Positions 16,836 to 25,570 of a stretch of 64,000 bases of DNA are shown piece after piece. Position 1 is the stretch's first letter, and the number at the start of each line of letters is the position of its first letter. The notes under the pieces are model-generated. The model had not been told where the DNA came from. It did no database searches and saw only the letters and a program-made list of their open reading frames with translations. Both the position numbers and the translations under genes were made by a program. This stretch comes from Gemmatimonadota bacterium (lineage in GTDB: Bacteria; Gemmatimonadota; Gemmatimonadetes; Gemmatimonadales; GWC2-71-9): the NCBI GenBank assembly GCA_029862925.1, contig JAOTWJ010000001.1, forward strand, positions 7,099-71,098, given 5' to 3'.

Positions 16836-16870
16836 TTCACGCTTCACGCTTCACGCTTGCGGTTTCACGT
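16836..16870. repeat. Heptanucleotide tandem repeat TTCACGC x3 plus two degenerate copies
   Basis: Read directly: ttcacgc ttcacgc ttcacgc ttgcggt ttcacgt. It overlaps the last 11 codons and the stop of the minus-strand aminotransferase. Confidence 0.85.
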
Positions 16871-17994
16871 CGCTTCTTCAACACCTCCCCCAACTCACCC
16901 ACGAACCGGTCCACCACCGCCGTCGTCGCGTTGGCGCCCATCAGGCCTACGCGCCAGACCTTGCCCTTGAGGGGGCCAAAGCCGCCGCCGATTTCGATGC
17001 CTCGGGCGAGCAGATCGCGGCGGACGGCGCCGTCGTCCACGCCGTCCGGGATGCGCACCACGTTCAGCATCGGGAGCCGATGGGCCGGAGGGGTGAACAG
17101 CGAGAGCCCCAGGGCGGCGAGGCCAGCGGCCAGCCGCTCGTGGGCCGCCCGGTGCCGGGCGAAGCGGGGCTCGAGCCCTTCCTCGAGCCCGAGACGGAGC
17201 GCCTCGCGAAATCCGTAAATGGCCGCCACCGGCGCCGTGTGATGGAACGCGCGGTCCTTGGGTCCACCGCCTTCCCCCCAATACCGGAATAGGAGCTCGA
17301 GATCGAAGTACCACGTCGCCGGCGCCGATCGCCGCTGCCGCACGGCGGCCATGGCCCGCGGCCCGAACGTCACCGGCCCGAGCCCCGGCGGGGCCCCCAG
17401 ACACTTCTGGGAGCAGGAACCCGCGGCGTCGACGAACCACTCGTCCACCGCGACGGGCATCCCCCCCAGAGAGGTCACGCAATCGACCAGGAATAACGCG
17501 TCGTGCTCCCGCACCAGCCGGCCGATGGCAGTGAGGGGCTGATGCGCCCCCGTGGACGTCTCGGCATGGACCACGGCTACCAGCTTGACGGGGCCGCGAC
17601 GTAGCTCCGCGGCGATCCGCTCCGCCGGAATGATCTCCCCCCAGGGGACCTCGATCCGGCGCACCTGTGCGCCGGCCCGCTCCGCCAATTCGGCGAGCCG
17701 CTGGCCGAAGTACCCGATCACACCCACCACCACCGTGTCCCCGGGCTCTACCAGGTTGAACATGATGGCTTCGAGCCCGCCGGTGCCGGTGGCGGAGATG
17801 GGAATCGTGTGGTGGTTCACCGTGCGGAAGACGGCCCGCAGGTCGCGCATCGTCTCGTCCATGGTGCGCAGGAAGAACGGGTCGAGATGGCTGACGAGCG
17901 GGCGGGCCATGGCCCCGGCCACGACGGGGTCGGGATTGGACGGGCCGGGGCCGAGCAGCAACCGGTCCGGGGGGTTGAGTACATTAGGAGTCAT
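16837..17994 (-). CDS. Class V aminotransferase (alanine-glyoxylate / serine-pyruvate aminotransferase type)
   Basis: 385 aa with LLLGPGPSNPDP, HAETSTG, LFLVDCVTSLGG and SCSQKCLGAPPGLG (PLP-lysine context). Confidence 0.85.
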   Translation of the reverse strand: MTPNVLNPPDRLLLGPGPSNPDPVVAGAMARPLVSHLDPFFLRTMDETMRDLRAVFRTVNHHTIPISATGTGGLEAIMFNLVEPGDTVVVGVIGYFGQRLAELAERAGAQVRRIEVPWGEIIPAERIAAELRRGPVKLVAVVHAETSTGAHQPLTAIGRLVREHDALFLVDCVTSLGGMPVAVDEWFVDAAGSCSQKCLGAPPGLGPVTFGPRAMAAVRQRRSAPATWYFDLELLFRYWGEGGGPKDRAFHHTAPVAAIYGFREALRLGLEEGLEPRFARHRAAHERLAAGLAALGLSLFTPPAHRLPMLNVVRIPDGVDDGAVRRDLLARGIEIGGGFGPLKGKVWRVGLMGANATTAVVDRFVGELGEVLKKRRETASVKREA

Positions 17995-18397
17995 GGGACA
18001 GCCTCCCCTTTTCTATGCCATCACGGCCGGGATCCGGATCACCGTCCGGCCGCGCTATCTCGACGACCACTCCCGGCGGGACCTCGGCCAGTTCGTGTTC
18101 CTGTACGCGGTGCGAATCGAGAATGTGGGCGAGCACCGCGTGCAGCTGCTGCGGCGCCGCTGGCACATTCACGACGACATCGGCGAGGACACGGAGGTCG
18201 CCGGGGACGGCGTGGTGGGCGAGCAACCGGTGCTCGCACCCGGTGGTGTCCATGAGTACCAAAGCTACTGCATCTTGAAGTCCGCGAGCGGGTACATGGA
18301 GGGGGAGTACTATCTCGTGCAGGACGACGGCTCTGAGCTCGTCGCGGCGGTGCCGCGGTTCACGCTCGAAGCCGAGGCCCGCACCGACCTCCACTGA
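17993..18397 (+). CDS. apaG: ApaG (DUF525) protein
   Basis: MGQPPLFYAITAGIRITVRPRYLDDHS...FVFLYAVRIENVGEHRVQLLRRRWHIHDDIGEDTEVAGDGVVGEQPVLAPG..HEYQSYC matches E. coli ApaG as I recall it. This is the in-frame 3' part of track ORF 17552-18397. Confidence 0.85.
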   Translation: MGQPPLFYAITAGIRITVRPRYLDDHSRRDLGQFVFLYAVRIENVGEHRVQLLRRRWHIHDDIGEDTEVAGDGVVGEQPVLAPGGVHEYQSYCILKSASGYMEGEYYLVQDDGSELVAAVPRFTLEAEARTDLH

Positions 18398-18414
18398 CCG
18401 CCGACGGGGACCCC

Positions 18415-18924
18415 ATGCCACGAGTCGAGTTCGCGAGCCTGCCCGATCACGCGCGGGTCTGGATCTTCGCGGCGGCACGGCAACTCACGCCGGACGAGCG
18501 CGAGGCCCTGCTCGCCGCCGTGAACGTGTTTCTGGACGGCTGGGCCGCCCACGGCCAGCCGCTGACGTGCGGCCGCGACCTGCGGCACGACCGATTCCTG
18601 CTCGTCGCCGCCGACGAGCGGGCGGCTGGGGTCTCCGGCTGCTCGATCGACGCGCTCACGCGGCAACTGCGCGACCTCGAGCGCCGGTTCGAGACCGCGC
18701 TGTTGGACAACGGTCCCGTGCACTTCCGCGACGGTGACGGGGTGGAGCGCGCGTCGCGCGCCGAGTTCGGCGCACGAGCCGACGCCGGGAAGGTCACCCA
18801 GGACACCATCGTGTTCGACAATACGGTGCCCACGTTGGGCGACGTGCGCGAAGGGCGCTGGGAAACGGCGGCGCGGCACTCGTGGCACGGACGGGCGTTC
18901 TTCGGCGCGGCGCCCCGGCTGTAA
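18415..18924 (+). CDS. Conserved hypothetical protein
   Basis: 169 aa, non-junk composition, 17 nt after apaG. VWIFAAARQLTPDE...FLDGWAAHGQPL...FLLVAADERAAGVSGCSID resembles a small family I recall from Bacteroidota that is often mis-annotated as an ABC transporter ATPase. I cannot verify that without a search. Confidence 0.55.
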   Translation: MPRVEFASLPDHARVWIFAAARQLTPDEREALLAAVNVFLDGWAAHGQPLTCGRDLRHDRFLLVAADERAAGVSGCSIDALTRQLRDLERRFETALLDNGPVHFRDGDGVERASRAEFGARADAGKVTQDTIVFDNTVPTLGDVREGRWETAARHSWHGRAFFGAAPRL

Positions 18925-19039
18925 GGCAACGGCGGGCGGGCCCCGGCCCTCCGGCGGTCTCCGACCGGCGCTCGTAGCTTGGCATCAGACCATCCTGCCT
19001 GGAGCCACCATGCGTCTCCTCCCCCGAGCGCTGATCCGG

Positions 19040-19684
19040 TCAGCGCCCGAGCGTCCGCAGGAGCTCGAGCCCCAGCGACAGGCCGTGCACCACGGGCGTG
19101 GTGAGCACGCGCGGTACCGGCCGGGCCTGCGCCACCACCGCCCGTAGCTCCGCGGCCCCCGCAAATGGCGGGAGTTCCGTCCACGCACGACCGATTTCCC
19201 ACGGAAAGTGCGCGTCGGACGACGCGGCCGCCGGGAGACCGCGGGCCGCTGCCGCCGCCGCGGCCTGGCGGTTCCACGGTGGAAAGAACGCCCGCGCGTT
19301 GAAGACTTCCACCAACTCGGCTACCCCAAGCACCAGATCGGCCTTGCGCGCGGGGTCCCACGGATAGGCAAAGGGGTGCGGTGCGTACACCACCCCGCCC
19401 TGGTCACGAATCCGCCCTGCCGCGTCCCGCACGGACAAGTCGTGTGGCACGTGGGCCGACACGTAGAGCCCGATCAGGTGCACGCCTTCCCGACAGTGGA
19501 CCTCTTCCCCAACGATCACGCGGTCGGGATCAACGTCGGCGGCGGCAAGCGCGCCGTCGATCCGGCCATGGTCCGTGACCGCGATCCGGTCGAGGCCCGC
19601 GGCCGCCGCCCGCGCGACGAGCGCCCGCGGGCTCGTCAGGGCGTCGGCGGAGCGGCTCGTGTGCGTGTGAAAATCCACGCGCAT
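19040..19684 (-). CDS. PHP-domain metal-dependent phosphoesterase
   Basis: Starts MRVDFHTHTSRSADA, with IAVTDHG, GEEVH and SSDAHF downstream. ATG 19684 is preferred over TTG 19690. Confidence 0.8.
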   Translation of the reverse strand: MRVDFHTHTSRSADALTSPRALVARAAAAGLDRIAVTDHGRIDGALAAADVDPDRVIVGEEVHCREGVHLIGLYVSAHVPHDLSVRDAAGRIRDQGGVVYAPHPFAYPWDPARKADLVLGVAELVEVFNARAFFPPWNRQAAAAAAARGLPAAASSDAHFPWEIGRAWTELPPFAGAAELRAVVAQARPVPRVLTTPVVHGLSLGLELLRTLGR

Positions 19685-19780
19685 GGTCAACCCGTCCTTG
19701 CCCGGGCCGGGCCCCCGGGTACCAACGCCGGGGCCGGCCCCCTAACCTTACGGGCAGTCCCCCAAACCGGAGAAACCTCC

Positions 19781-20644
19781 ATGTGGCTCGTCCTCTTGGC
19801 CCTCGTGGTCCTCGTCGCCGGCTTCGCGACGTCCCGCACGGCGCGGGATCCCGTCAGCCGGGCCAGCGCCATGGGCATCTCGGCGGTGCTCGCCCTTGCT
19901 CTGTTCCTCGCCAGCGCCGTCACGGTCATTCCCGCGGGCCACATTGGCGTCCGGGACCTGTTCGGCAACGTCAGTGACAACGTGTTGCACCCCGGCGTGC
20001 GGATCGTGAATCCGCTCGCCCGCGTGCACAAGATGTCCGTGCGCACCCACGAGGTCACGGAGACGGCCGACGCGCCCTCCAGCGAGGGGCTCGTGATGCA
20101 GCTCGACGTGACCCTGCTCTACAATCTGACGCCAGCCCAGGCCCCCGAAGTCTACCGCTCGCTCGGCACGGACTACGAGCGGGTCTTCATCGTGCCCCAG
20201 CTGCGGTCGGAGCTGCGGGGCGCCACGGCGTCGTTCGAGGCCAAGGCCCTCTACACGTCGGGCCGAGAAGTGGTCGCAGAGCGCGTCCTGGAGGGCCTCA
20301 CGCCCGCGCTGACCGCGCGCGGATTCACGAACGGCCAAGTGCTGCTGCGGTCGATCACGCTGCCGCCCCAACTCCGGCAATCAGTGGAGCAGAAGCTCCA
20401 GGCGGAGCAGCAGTCGGAGCAGATGCGCTTCGTGTTGGACCGGGAGCGGCAGGAAGCCGACCGGAAGCGGATCGAGGCACAGGGCATTGCCGACTTCCAG
20501 CGGATCGTGGCCCAAGGGATCGACGAGCGGCTGCTGCGTTGGAAGGGCATCGAAGCCACGCAGGCCCTGGCGCAGTCACAGAACGCCAAGATCGTGATCG
20601 TCGGCGGTCGCGACGGCTTGCCGCTGATTCTGAACTCACAGTAG
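19781..20644 (+). CDS. SPFH/band-7 (prohibitin-like) membrane protein
   Basis: Starts at MWLVLLALVVLVAGF (ATG 19781) inside track ORF 19208-20644. It contains IPAGHIGVRDLFGNV, a PHB-domain core, and a coiled-coil tail QKLQAEQQSEQMRFVLDRERQEADRKRIEAQGIADFQ. Confidence 0.85.
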   Translation: MWLVLLALVVLVAGFATSRTARDPVSRASAMGISAVLALALFLASAVTVIPAGHIGVRDLFGNVSDNVLHPGVRIVNPLARVHKMSVRTHEVTETADAPSSEGLVMQLDVTLLYNLTPAQAPEVYRSLGTDYERVFIVPQLRSELRGATASFEAKALYTSGREVVAERVLEGLTPALTARGFTNGQVLLRSITLPPQLRQSVEQKLQAEQQSEQMRFVLDRERQEADRKRIEAQGIADFQRIVAQGIDERLLRWKGIEATQALAQSQNAKIVIVGGRDGLPLILNSQ

Positions 20645-20680
20645 ACCGGTCGGCCGCGGCCCGGGTCGCGACCGGGCCCC

Positions 20681-21541
20681 TCAGCGCGCCGATGTCCCTT
20701 CGGCGCTGGCACACCAGAAGGTCTCGCGCGCGCCCAAGGGGCCGCGGGTGGCCAGCGCCGTGGCGCACGGCAGCGGGTCGGGATACGCCTGGCTCGCGGC
20801 CGCCAGCCAGGCCCGTTGCAGGTCGAGCGTCGTGCCGCCGAGGGCCGCGCCGAGATCCTCAACATCGTAGAGCGTCCACCAAGTCGTCCACCCATACGTG
20901 TCGATCACCCAACGCGTGAAGCTCCCCGCCTGAACGAACACCTGCCAGGCAAACGCGTCGCTCGCCGATCCAGAGTAGCTGAACGAGAAGTCCCCCGCCC
21001 GCACGGCGGTGAACAGCGAGACCAGCGTGGTCTCCCGCTGGAACAGGGAGACCCAGGCATGCGGGGGCTGGCCGCGATACGGGTTGACGGTCCGGTCATC
21101 CGGCAGGAGCAACTCGGTGAGGTAGACGGCGAGTCCTTCCTCGAAGAACGGGCTGCGCCGGTACCGCGTGAAGAGATGGGTCAACTGATGTACGACGTAC
21201 TCAGGCGCGAGATCCTCTGCCCATTGGGCAATCAGCCGGCTGCCCGGCGTGACGAACGGAATCCCGCGCCCCGCGAGCACCCGGAAGGTGATTCGGCCGG
21301 GGGCCGGCTGCGTGGGGAGGGCCGCGGCGACGCGCAGGTACTCGGCCTCGAGGCGCACGCCGAGGGAGTCGATGACGGCGGCCGGCGTCCCCGCTTCATC
21401 CACGATGACGAAGTGGGTGGTCTCGTAGACCGTCGGTGAGGGAATCCCCGGGCCCGTCCCCTCGCCAGTGCCGCAGGCCGCCCCGAGTAGCGCCGCCGAC
21501 ACCAGCGCGCGAGCGGCGTGGCGGCCACACGGAATCCTCAT
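20681..21541 (-). CDS. Lipoprotein with a degenerate zincin (Peptidase_MA-like) motif, HQLTH...EEGLA
   Basis: Starts MRIPCGRHAARALVSAALLGAACG (lipobox). VVHQLTHLFTRYRRSPFFEEGLAVYLTE resembles the HExxH...EGlA.y pattern, with Gln in place of the catalytic Glu. Confidence 0.55.
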   Translation of the reverse strand: MRIPCGRHAARALVSAALLGAACGTGEGTGPGIPSPTVYETTHFVIVDEAGTPAAVIDSLGVRLEAEYLRVAAALPTQPAPGRITFRVLAGRGIPFVTPGSRLIAQWAEDLAPEYVVHQLTHLFTRYRRSPFFEEGLAVYLTELLLPDDRTVNPYRGQPPHAWVSLFQRETTLVSLFTAVRAGDFSFSYSGSASDAFAWQVFVQAGSFTRWVIDTYGWTTWWTLYDVEDLGAALGGTTLDLQRAWLAAASQAYPDPLPCATALATRGPLGARETFWCASAEGTSAR

Positions 21542-21562
21542 GAAATATTCACGGCGCCGGAG

Positions 21563-21568
21563 TATAGT
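21563..21568 (+). promoter_or_regulatory. Possible -10 hexamer TATAGT upstream of the malic enzyme gene
   Basis: It lies in the only AT-rich patch of the 63-nt divergent spacer. AGGAG at 21594-21598 and GTG at 21605 follow. No convincing -35 element was found. Confidence 0.2.
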
Positions 21569-21604
21569 CCATACGCGCAAGTTCATTCCCCGTAGGAGCT
21601 TATC

Positions 21605-23242
21605 GTGAGTACACAACGTCCGCTACCGACCGGCGTGGACCTCCTCCACGACCCCGCCTACAACAAGGGCACGGCATTCACCGAGGCCGAGCGCGACGCG
21701 CTGAAGCTGCGCGGGCTGCTGCCGCCCCGCGTGTTCTCCATGAAGGAGCAGCAGTTCCGCATCCTCGAGAACTTCCGAGAAAAGACGTCGAGTCTCGAAA
21801 AATACATCTACATGGCCGCACTGCAGGACCGCAACGAGACCCTGTTCTACCGGGTCGTGCTCGACAACGTGGCCGAGATGATGCCGATCATCTATACCCC
21901 AACGGTGGGGGAAGCGTGCCAGAAGTTCGGGCACATCTTCCGCCGGGGACGGGGACTGTACGTCACCGCGCACGACCGCGGGCGCGTGAAGCAGGTGCTC
22001 GAGCATTGGCAGACGCGCGATGTGGATGTCATCGTCGTGACGGACGGCGAGCGCATTCTCGGCCTGGGCGACCAGGGCGCTCAGGGGATGGGCATCCCGA
22101 TCGGGAAGCTGGCGCTGTACACGGCGCTGGCCGGCGTTCATCCGCAGCGCTGTCTCCCGATCATGCTCGATGTGGGCACGAACAACGCGCAGCTGCTCAG
22201 CGACCCCCTCTACACCGGCATCCTGGAGCAGCGGCTCCGCGGCGATGCGTACGCCGACCTCGTCGAAGAGCTGGTGCAGGCCGTGCAGGCGGTCTTCCCC
22301 CACGCCTTGCTCCAGTTCGAAGACTTCGCGACCGAGAACGCCATCCACCTCCTCGAGACCTATCAGCCCCGGGCGTGCACGTTCAACGATGACATCCAGG
22401 GCACGGCGGGCGTGACGCTCGCCGGTCTGATCGCGGCAACCCGGCTGACCGGCCGGCCGCTGCCGCAGGAGCGGCTGCTCTTCTACGGGGCGGGCTCGGC
22501 GGCCACGGGCATCGCGAACCTCATCGTGGCGGCCATGGTGAAGCAGGGCGTCACGCCCGACGAGGGGCGCGCGCGCATCTGGTTTGTGGACTCCAAGGGC
22601 CTCGTCGTGAAGGCGCGGACCGATCTTGCCGAGCACAAGCTGCCCTACGCCCACGAGCACGCCGCGGTCAAGGACCTGGCCGAGGTCGTCGATGCGTTGC
22701 AGCCGACGGGCATCATCGGCGTGTCGGGCCAGCCACAGACGTTCACCGAACGCATCCTGCGGCGCATGGCGGAGTTCAACCAGCGACCCATGATCTTCAG
22801 CCTGTCCAACCCCACGGCCAAGTCCGAGTGCACGGCCGAGCAGGCGTACAAGTACACGGAGGGTCGTGCGATCTTCGCGAGCGGGAGCCCGTTCCCGCCC
22901 GTCGATCTGGACGGTCGGACGTACGTGCCCGGGCAGGGCAATAACGCCTACATCTTCCCCGGCCTCGGGCTCGGCGTGATCGTTGCCCGTGCCACGCGCG
23001 TCACGGACGAGATGTTCTACGTGGCGGCCAACACCCTCGCGCACATGGTCACCGAGGAGTACCTCGCCCAGGGCACCATCTTCCCGCCTCTCAACAGCAT
23101 CCGGGAGGTGTCCGCACAGATCGCGACGGCCGTGGCCCAGGAGGCCTACGACAGCGGGCTCGCGCAGGCGCCGAGGCCCAAGGACCTCGCGAAGCAGGTG
23201 CGAGCCGCGATGTACCAGCCGACGTACGAGATGTACGCGTAG
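21605..23242 (+). CDS. maeA: NAD(P)-dependent malic enzyme (large, eukaryote-like type)
   Basis: 545 aa with HDPAYNKGTAFTEAERD, LQDRNETLFYRV, IYTPTVGEAC, VVTDGERILGLGDQGAQGMGIPIGKLALYTA, FEDF and GAGSAATGIA. Confidence 0.9.
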   Translation: MSTQRPLPTGVDLLHDPAYNKGTAFTEAERDALKLRGLLPPRVFSMKEQQFRILENFREKTSSLEKYIYMAALQDRNETLFYRVVLDNVAEMMPIIYTPTVGEACQKFGHIFRRGRGLYVTAHDRGRVKQVLEHWQTRDVDVIVVTDGERILGLGDQGAQGMGIPIGKLALYTALAGVHPQRCLPIMLDVGTNNAQLLSDPLYTGILEQRLRGDAYADLVEELVQAVQAVFPHALLQFEDFATENAIHLLETYQPRACTFNDDIQGTAGVTLAGLIAATRLTGRPLPQERLLFYGAGSAATGIANLIVAAMVKQGVTPDEGRARIWFVDSKGLVVKARTDLAEHKLPYAHEHAAVKDLAEVVDALQPTGIIGVSGQPQTFTERILRRMAEFNQRPMIFSLSNPTAKSECTAEQAYKYTEGRAIFASGSPFPPVDLDGRTYVPGQGNNAYIFPGLGLGVIVARATRVTDEMFYVAANTLAHMVTEEYLAQGTIFPPLNSIREVSAQIATAVAQEAYDSGLAQAPRPKDLAKQVRAAMYQPTYEMYA

Positions 23243-23246
23243 TCGA

Positions 23247-25502
23247 TCAGTCGCCTCCCAGCAACGCCCGCGCCCGCGTCATCGCGTCGGCGACGCCCTC
23301 GAGTGTCGCCGCCACAATGGCGATCTGCTGTTCGGCCTCCGCCCACGCCCGTTCCTCGATGGCCTCGCGGACGCCGGGCAGGGTCTTGACGCCGTACCCC
23401 GTGTAGAACCCCGGCGCGTACACCTGGTGGCGAAACCAGGAGCGCCGCGGCAGTCCCGCCTCCCGCGTCATCAGCCGCTCCACCCGCAGCAAGACCGCAT
23501 TGAGCGCTCGGCCGGTCGCGGAATCCGCGGGCAGCCCGCGCGCGGCCAGCGCGGCGTCGTACGCGGTCGCCGCCTGCTCCAGGCGAGTGACGGCGTTCTG
23601 CAACGGGGCGAAGTTGAGGTGCGGCACCGGGGGCAGCGAATCCGGCGGGACGAACGGCCGGGTCGGGTCGGCGGCCAGGTGATAGACCCGGTCCCCGAGC
23701 AGCGCGTTGCGGCGTTCCGTCTCCTGCCGCATGGCGTCGGCGAGGGCCGTCACCTCGTCGCGGTATCTCGCCACGTGGACGGCGAAGTTGCTCATCCGCA
23801 GCGGCAGCACGTCGGCCTGGGCAAGCCGGAGCGTCACCCGGCCGGCGGTCCGCGCCAACGCCACGCCGTAGGCGAACGTCGGGTCGCCGAACCGCGCGTA
23901 GTGCTCGTAGGAGTCGTACACGGAATGGTATTCGCCGCCCGCATCCTCGCCGCCATACCCGACGTTCAATGAGGGAATACCGAGATGTTGGAGAAACGGC
24001 GTGTAATCGGATCCGGAACCGAGCGGCGCGATGGCGAGGTCGCCCGACCCGTCCGCCTCCCGCGTGCCCTGCGCGCGGCGTCGGGCACGGGCCCGTTCGG
24101 CCGCCGACACACCCGTCTGCGGATCCACCACGTCACGGGCCACCTCGTTGACGAACCGCTCCAGGGTGTGAGAGCCGCCGACCCCCAGGAATCCCCGCCC
24201 GTTGCTGTCCGAGTTGATGTAGGCCACGGCGTGCGTTCGCAGCTCGTCGGCGTGGGCTTCCGCCCATTCGGTCGACCCCAGCAGACCGGGTTCCTCCGCA
24301 TCCCACGCGGCGTAGATGATGGTCCGCCGGGGTCGCCACCCCGCGGCCATCCGGGCACCAACCGCCCGCGCTTCTTCCAGCAGGGCCACCATGCCGCTCA
24401 CCGGATCCTGCGCGCCGAACACCCAGGCATCGTGGTGGTTCCCCCGAATCACCCACTCGTCCGGCAGCTCGCGGCCCCGCACTCGCGCAATCACGTTGTA
24501 CGCCGGTGTGAGTCGCCAGTCGAACGCGAGCCGCAGGTGCACGCGCGCCGGTCCCGGCCCCAATCGATAGGTGAGCGGGAGCGCGCCGCGCCACGCCGGC
24601 GGAGCCACCGGTCCACCGAGCGCCGCGAGCAGTGGACGCGCGTCGCCCCAGGCGATCGGGAGCACGGGGATCTTCACGAGGGACCGGGCCGAGTCCTGAG
24701 GCAGGCGACGGGCCGTGGCCGTCGCCCCGACACCCGGCGTGAGCGGATCGCCGGGATACAGCGGCATGTCCACTACGGACCCCCGCTGCGCGCCGAACTC
24801 GGGCCGCCACGATCCCGCGGGATAGGGCGCGCCTTCCGCGTACCCGTCGTCGCGCGGGTCGGAGTAGATGATGCAGCCGATCGCGCCGTGCTCCGCCGCC
24901 ACCTTGGGTTTGATGCCCCGCCAGGAACCGCCGTAGCGCGCAATCACGATCTTGCCCCGCACGTCGATCCCGTGGCGTGCGAGCGTTACGTAGTCTTCCG
25001 GAACCCCGTAGTTCACATAGACGAGCTCGCCAGTGACGTCCCCGTCCGCGGAGTAGGCGTTGTACACGGGGAGCACGTCCTGCGTGAGGCGCGAGGTGGC
25101 ATCGCCCGGCACCGCCGGCTCGGCCAGGCGCGCGCGGTACCGGGTCGGGGCCACGAGCTCGAGTACGCGGACGCGCGGAGTGGGAAAGAGGACGTCAAAC
25201 CGTTCGATCGCCACTTCGTAGCCCCAGGTCCGGAACAGGTCCGCCATGAACTCGGCGTTGGCACGCCCGTGCGGCGAGCCGACGTGATGGGGCAGACGCG
25301 TCATGCGCTGCATCCAGGTCCGCAGGGTATCGGCCGAGAGCCCGCGATCGAATTCGGTCTCCAACGCGCGTTGCCGCACGGCGCTGGCGGCGGTGAAGCC
25401 GAGCAGGGGCGGATCCGCCTGCGGCGGCGCGGGTGTCGCCACGAGCCCGACAACCGCGAGGGCCACCGCCCGCCCCCGGACCCGCCCTGGTGCGCCCCTC
25501 AC
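23247..25502 (-). CDS. Glutamate carboxypeptidase II-like M28 peptidase (PA domain plus transferrin-receptor-like dimerisation domain), exported
   Basis: It contains LPHHVGSPHG, VNYG...GKIVIARYG (PA domain), RGNHHDAW, WDAEEPGLLGSTEW, GSGSDYTPF and HSVYDS. I prefer GTG 25502, which gives the signal peptide MRGAPGRVRGRAVALAVVGLVATPAPPQA, over the track start 25577, which overlaps ggt. Confidence 0.85.
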   Translation of the reverse strand: MRGAPGRVRGRAVALAVVGLVATPAPPQADPPLLGFTAASAVRQRALETEFDRGLSADTLRTWMQRMTRLPHHVGSPHGRANAEFMADLFRTWGYEVAIERFDVLFPTPRVRVLELVAPTRYRARLAEPAVPGDATSRLTQDVLPVYNAYSADGDVTGELVYVNYGVPEDYVTLARHGIDVRGKIVIARYGGSWRGIKPKVAAEHGAIGCIIYSDPRDDGYAEGAPYPAGSWRPEFGAQRGSVVDMPLYPGDPLTPGVGATATARRLPQDSARSLVKIPVLPIAWGDARPLLAALGGPVAPPAWRGALPLTYRLGPGPARVHLRLAFDWRLTPAYNVIARVRGRELPDEWVIRGNHHDAWVFGAQDPVSGMVALLEEARAVGARMAAGWRPRRTIIYAAWDAEEPGLLGSTEWAEAHADELRTHAVAYINSDSNGRGFLGVGGSHTLERFVNEVARDVVDPQTGVSAAERARARRRAQGTREADGSGDLAIAPLGSGSDYTPFLQHLGIPSLNVGYGGEDAGGEYHSVYDSYEHYARFGDPTFAYGVALARTAGRVTLRLAQADVLPLRMSNFAVHVARYRDEVTALADAMRQETERRNALLGDRVYHLAADPTRPFVPPDSLPPVPHLNFAPLQNAVTRLEQAATAYDAALAARGLPADSATGRALNAVLLRVERLMTREAGLPRRSWFRHQVYAPGFYTGYGVKTLPGVREAIEERAWAEAEQQIAIVAATLEGVADAMTRARALLGGD

Positions 25503-25570
25503 GATGACGTCCGCTCCCGTTCCATCATTCCGTCCCTCCGCCTTTCCAACATTGCGCCATCGCGACCTGC

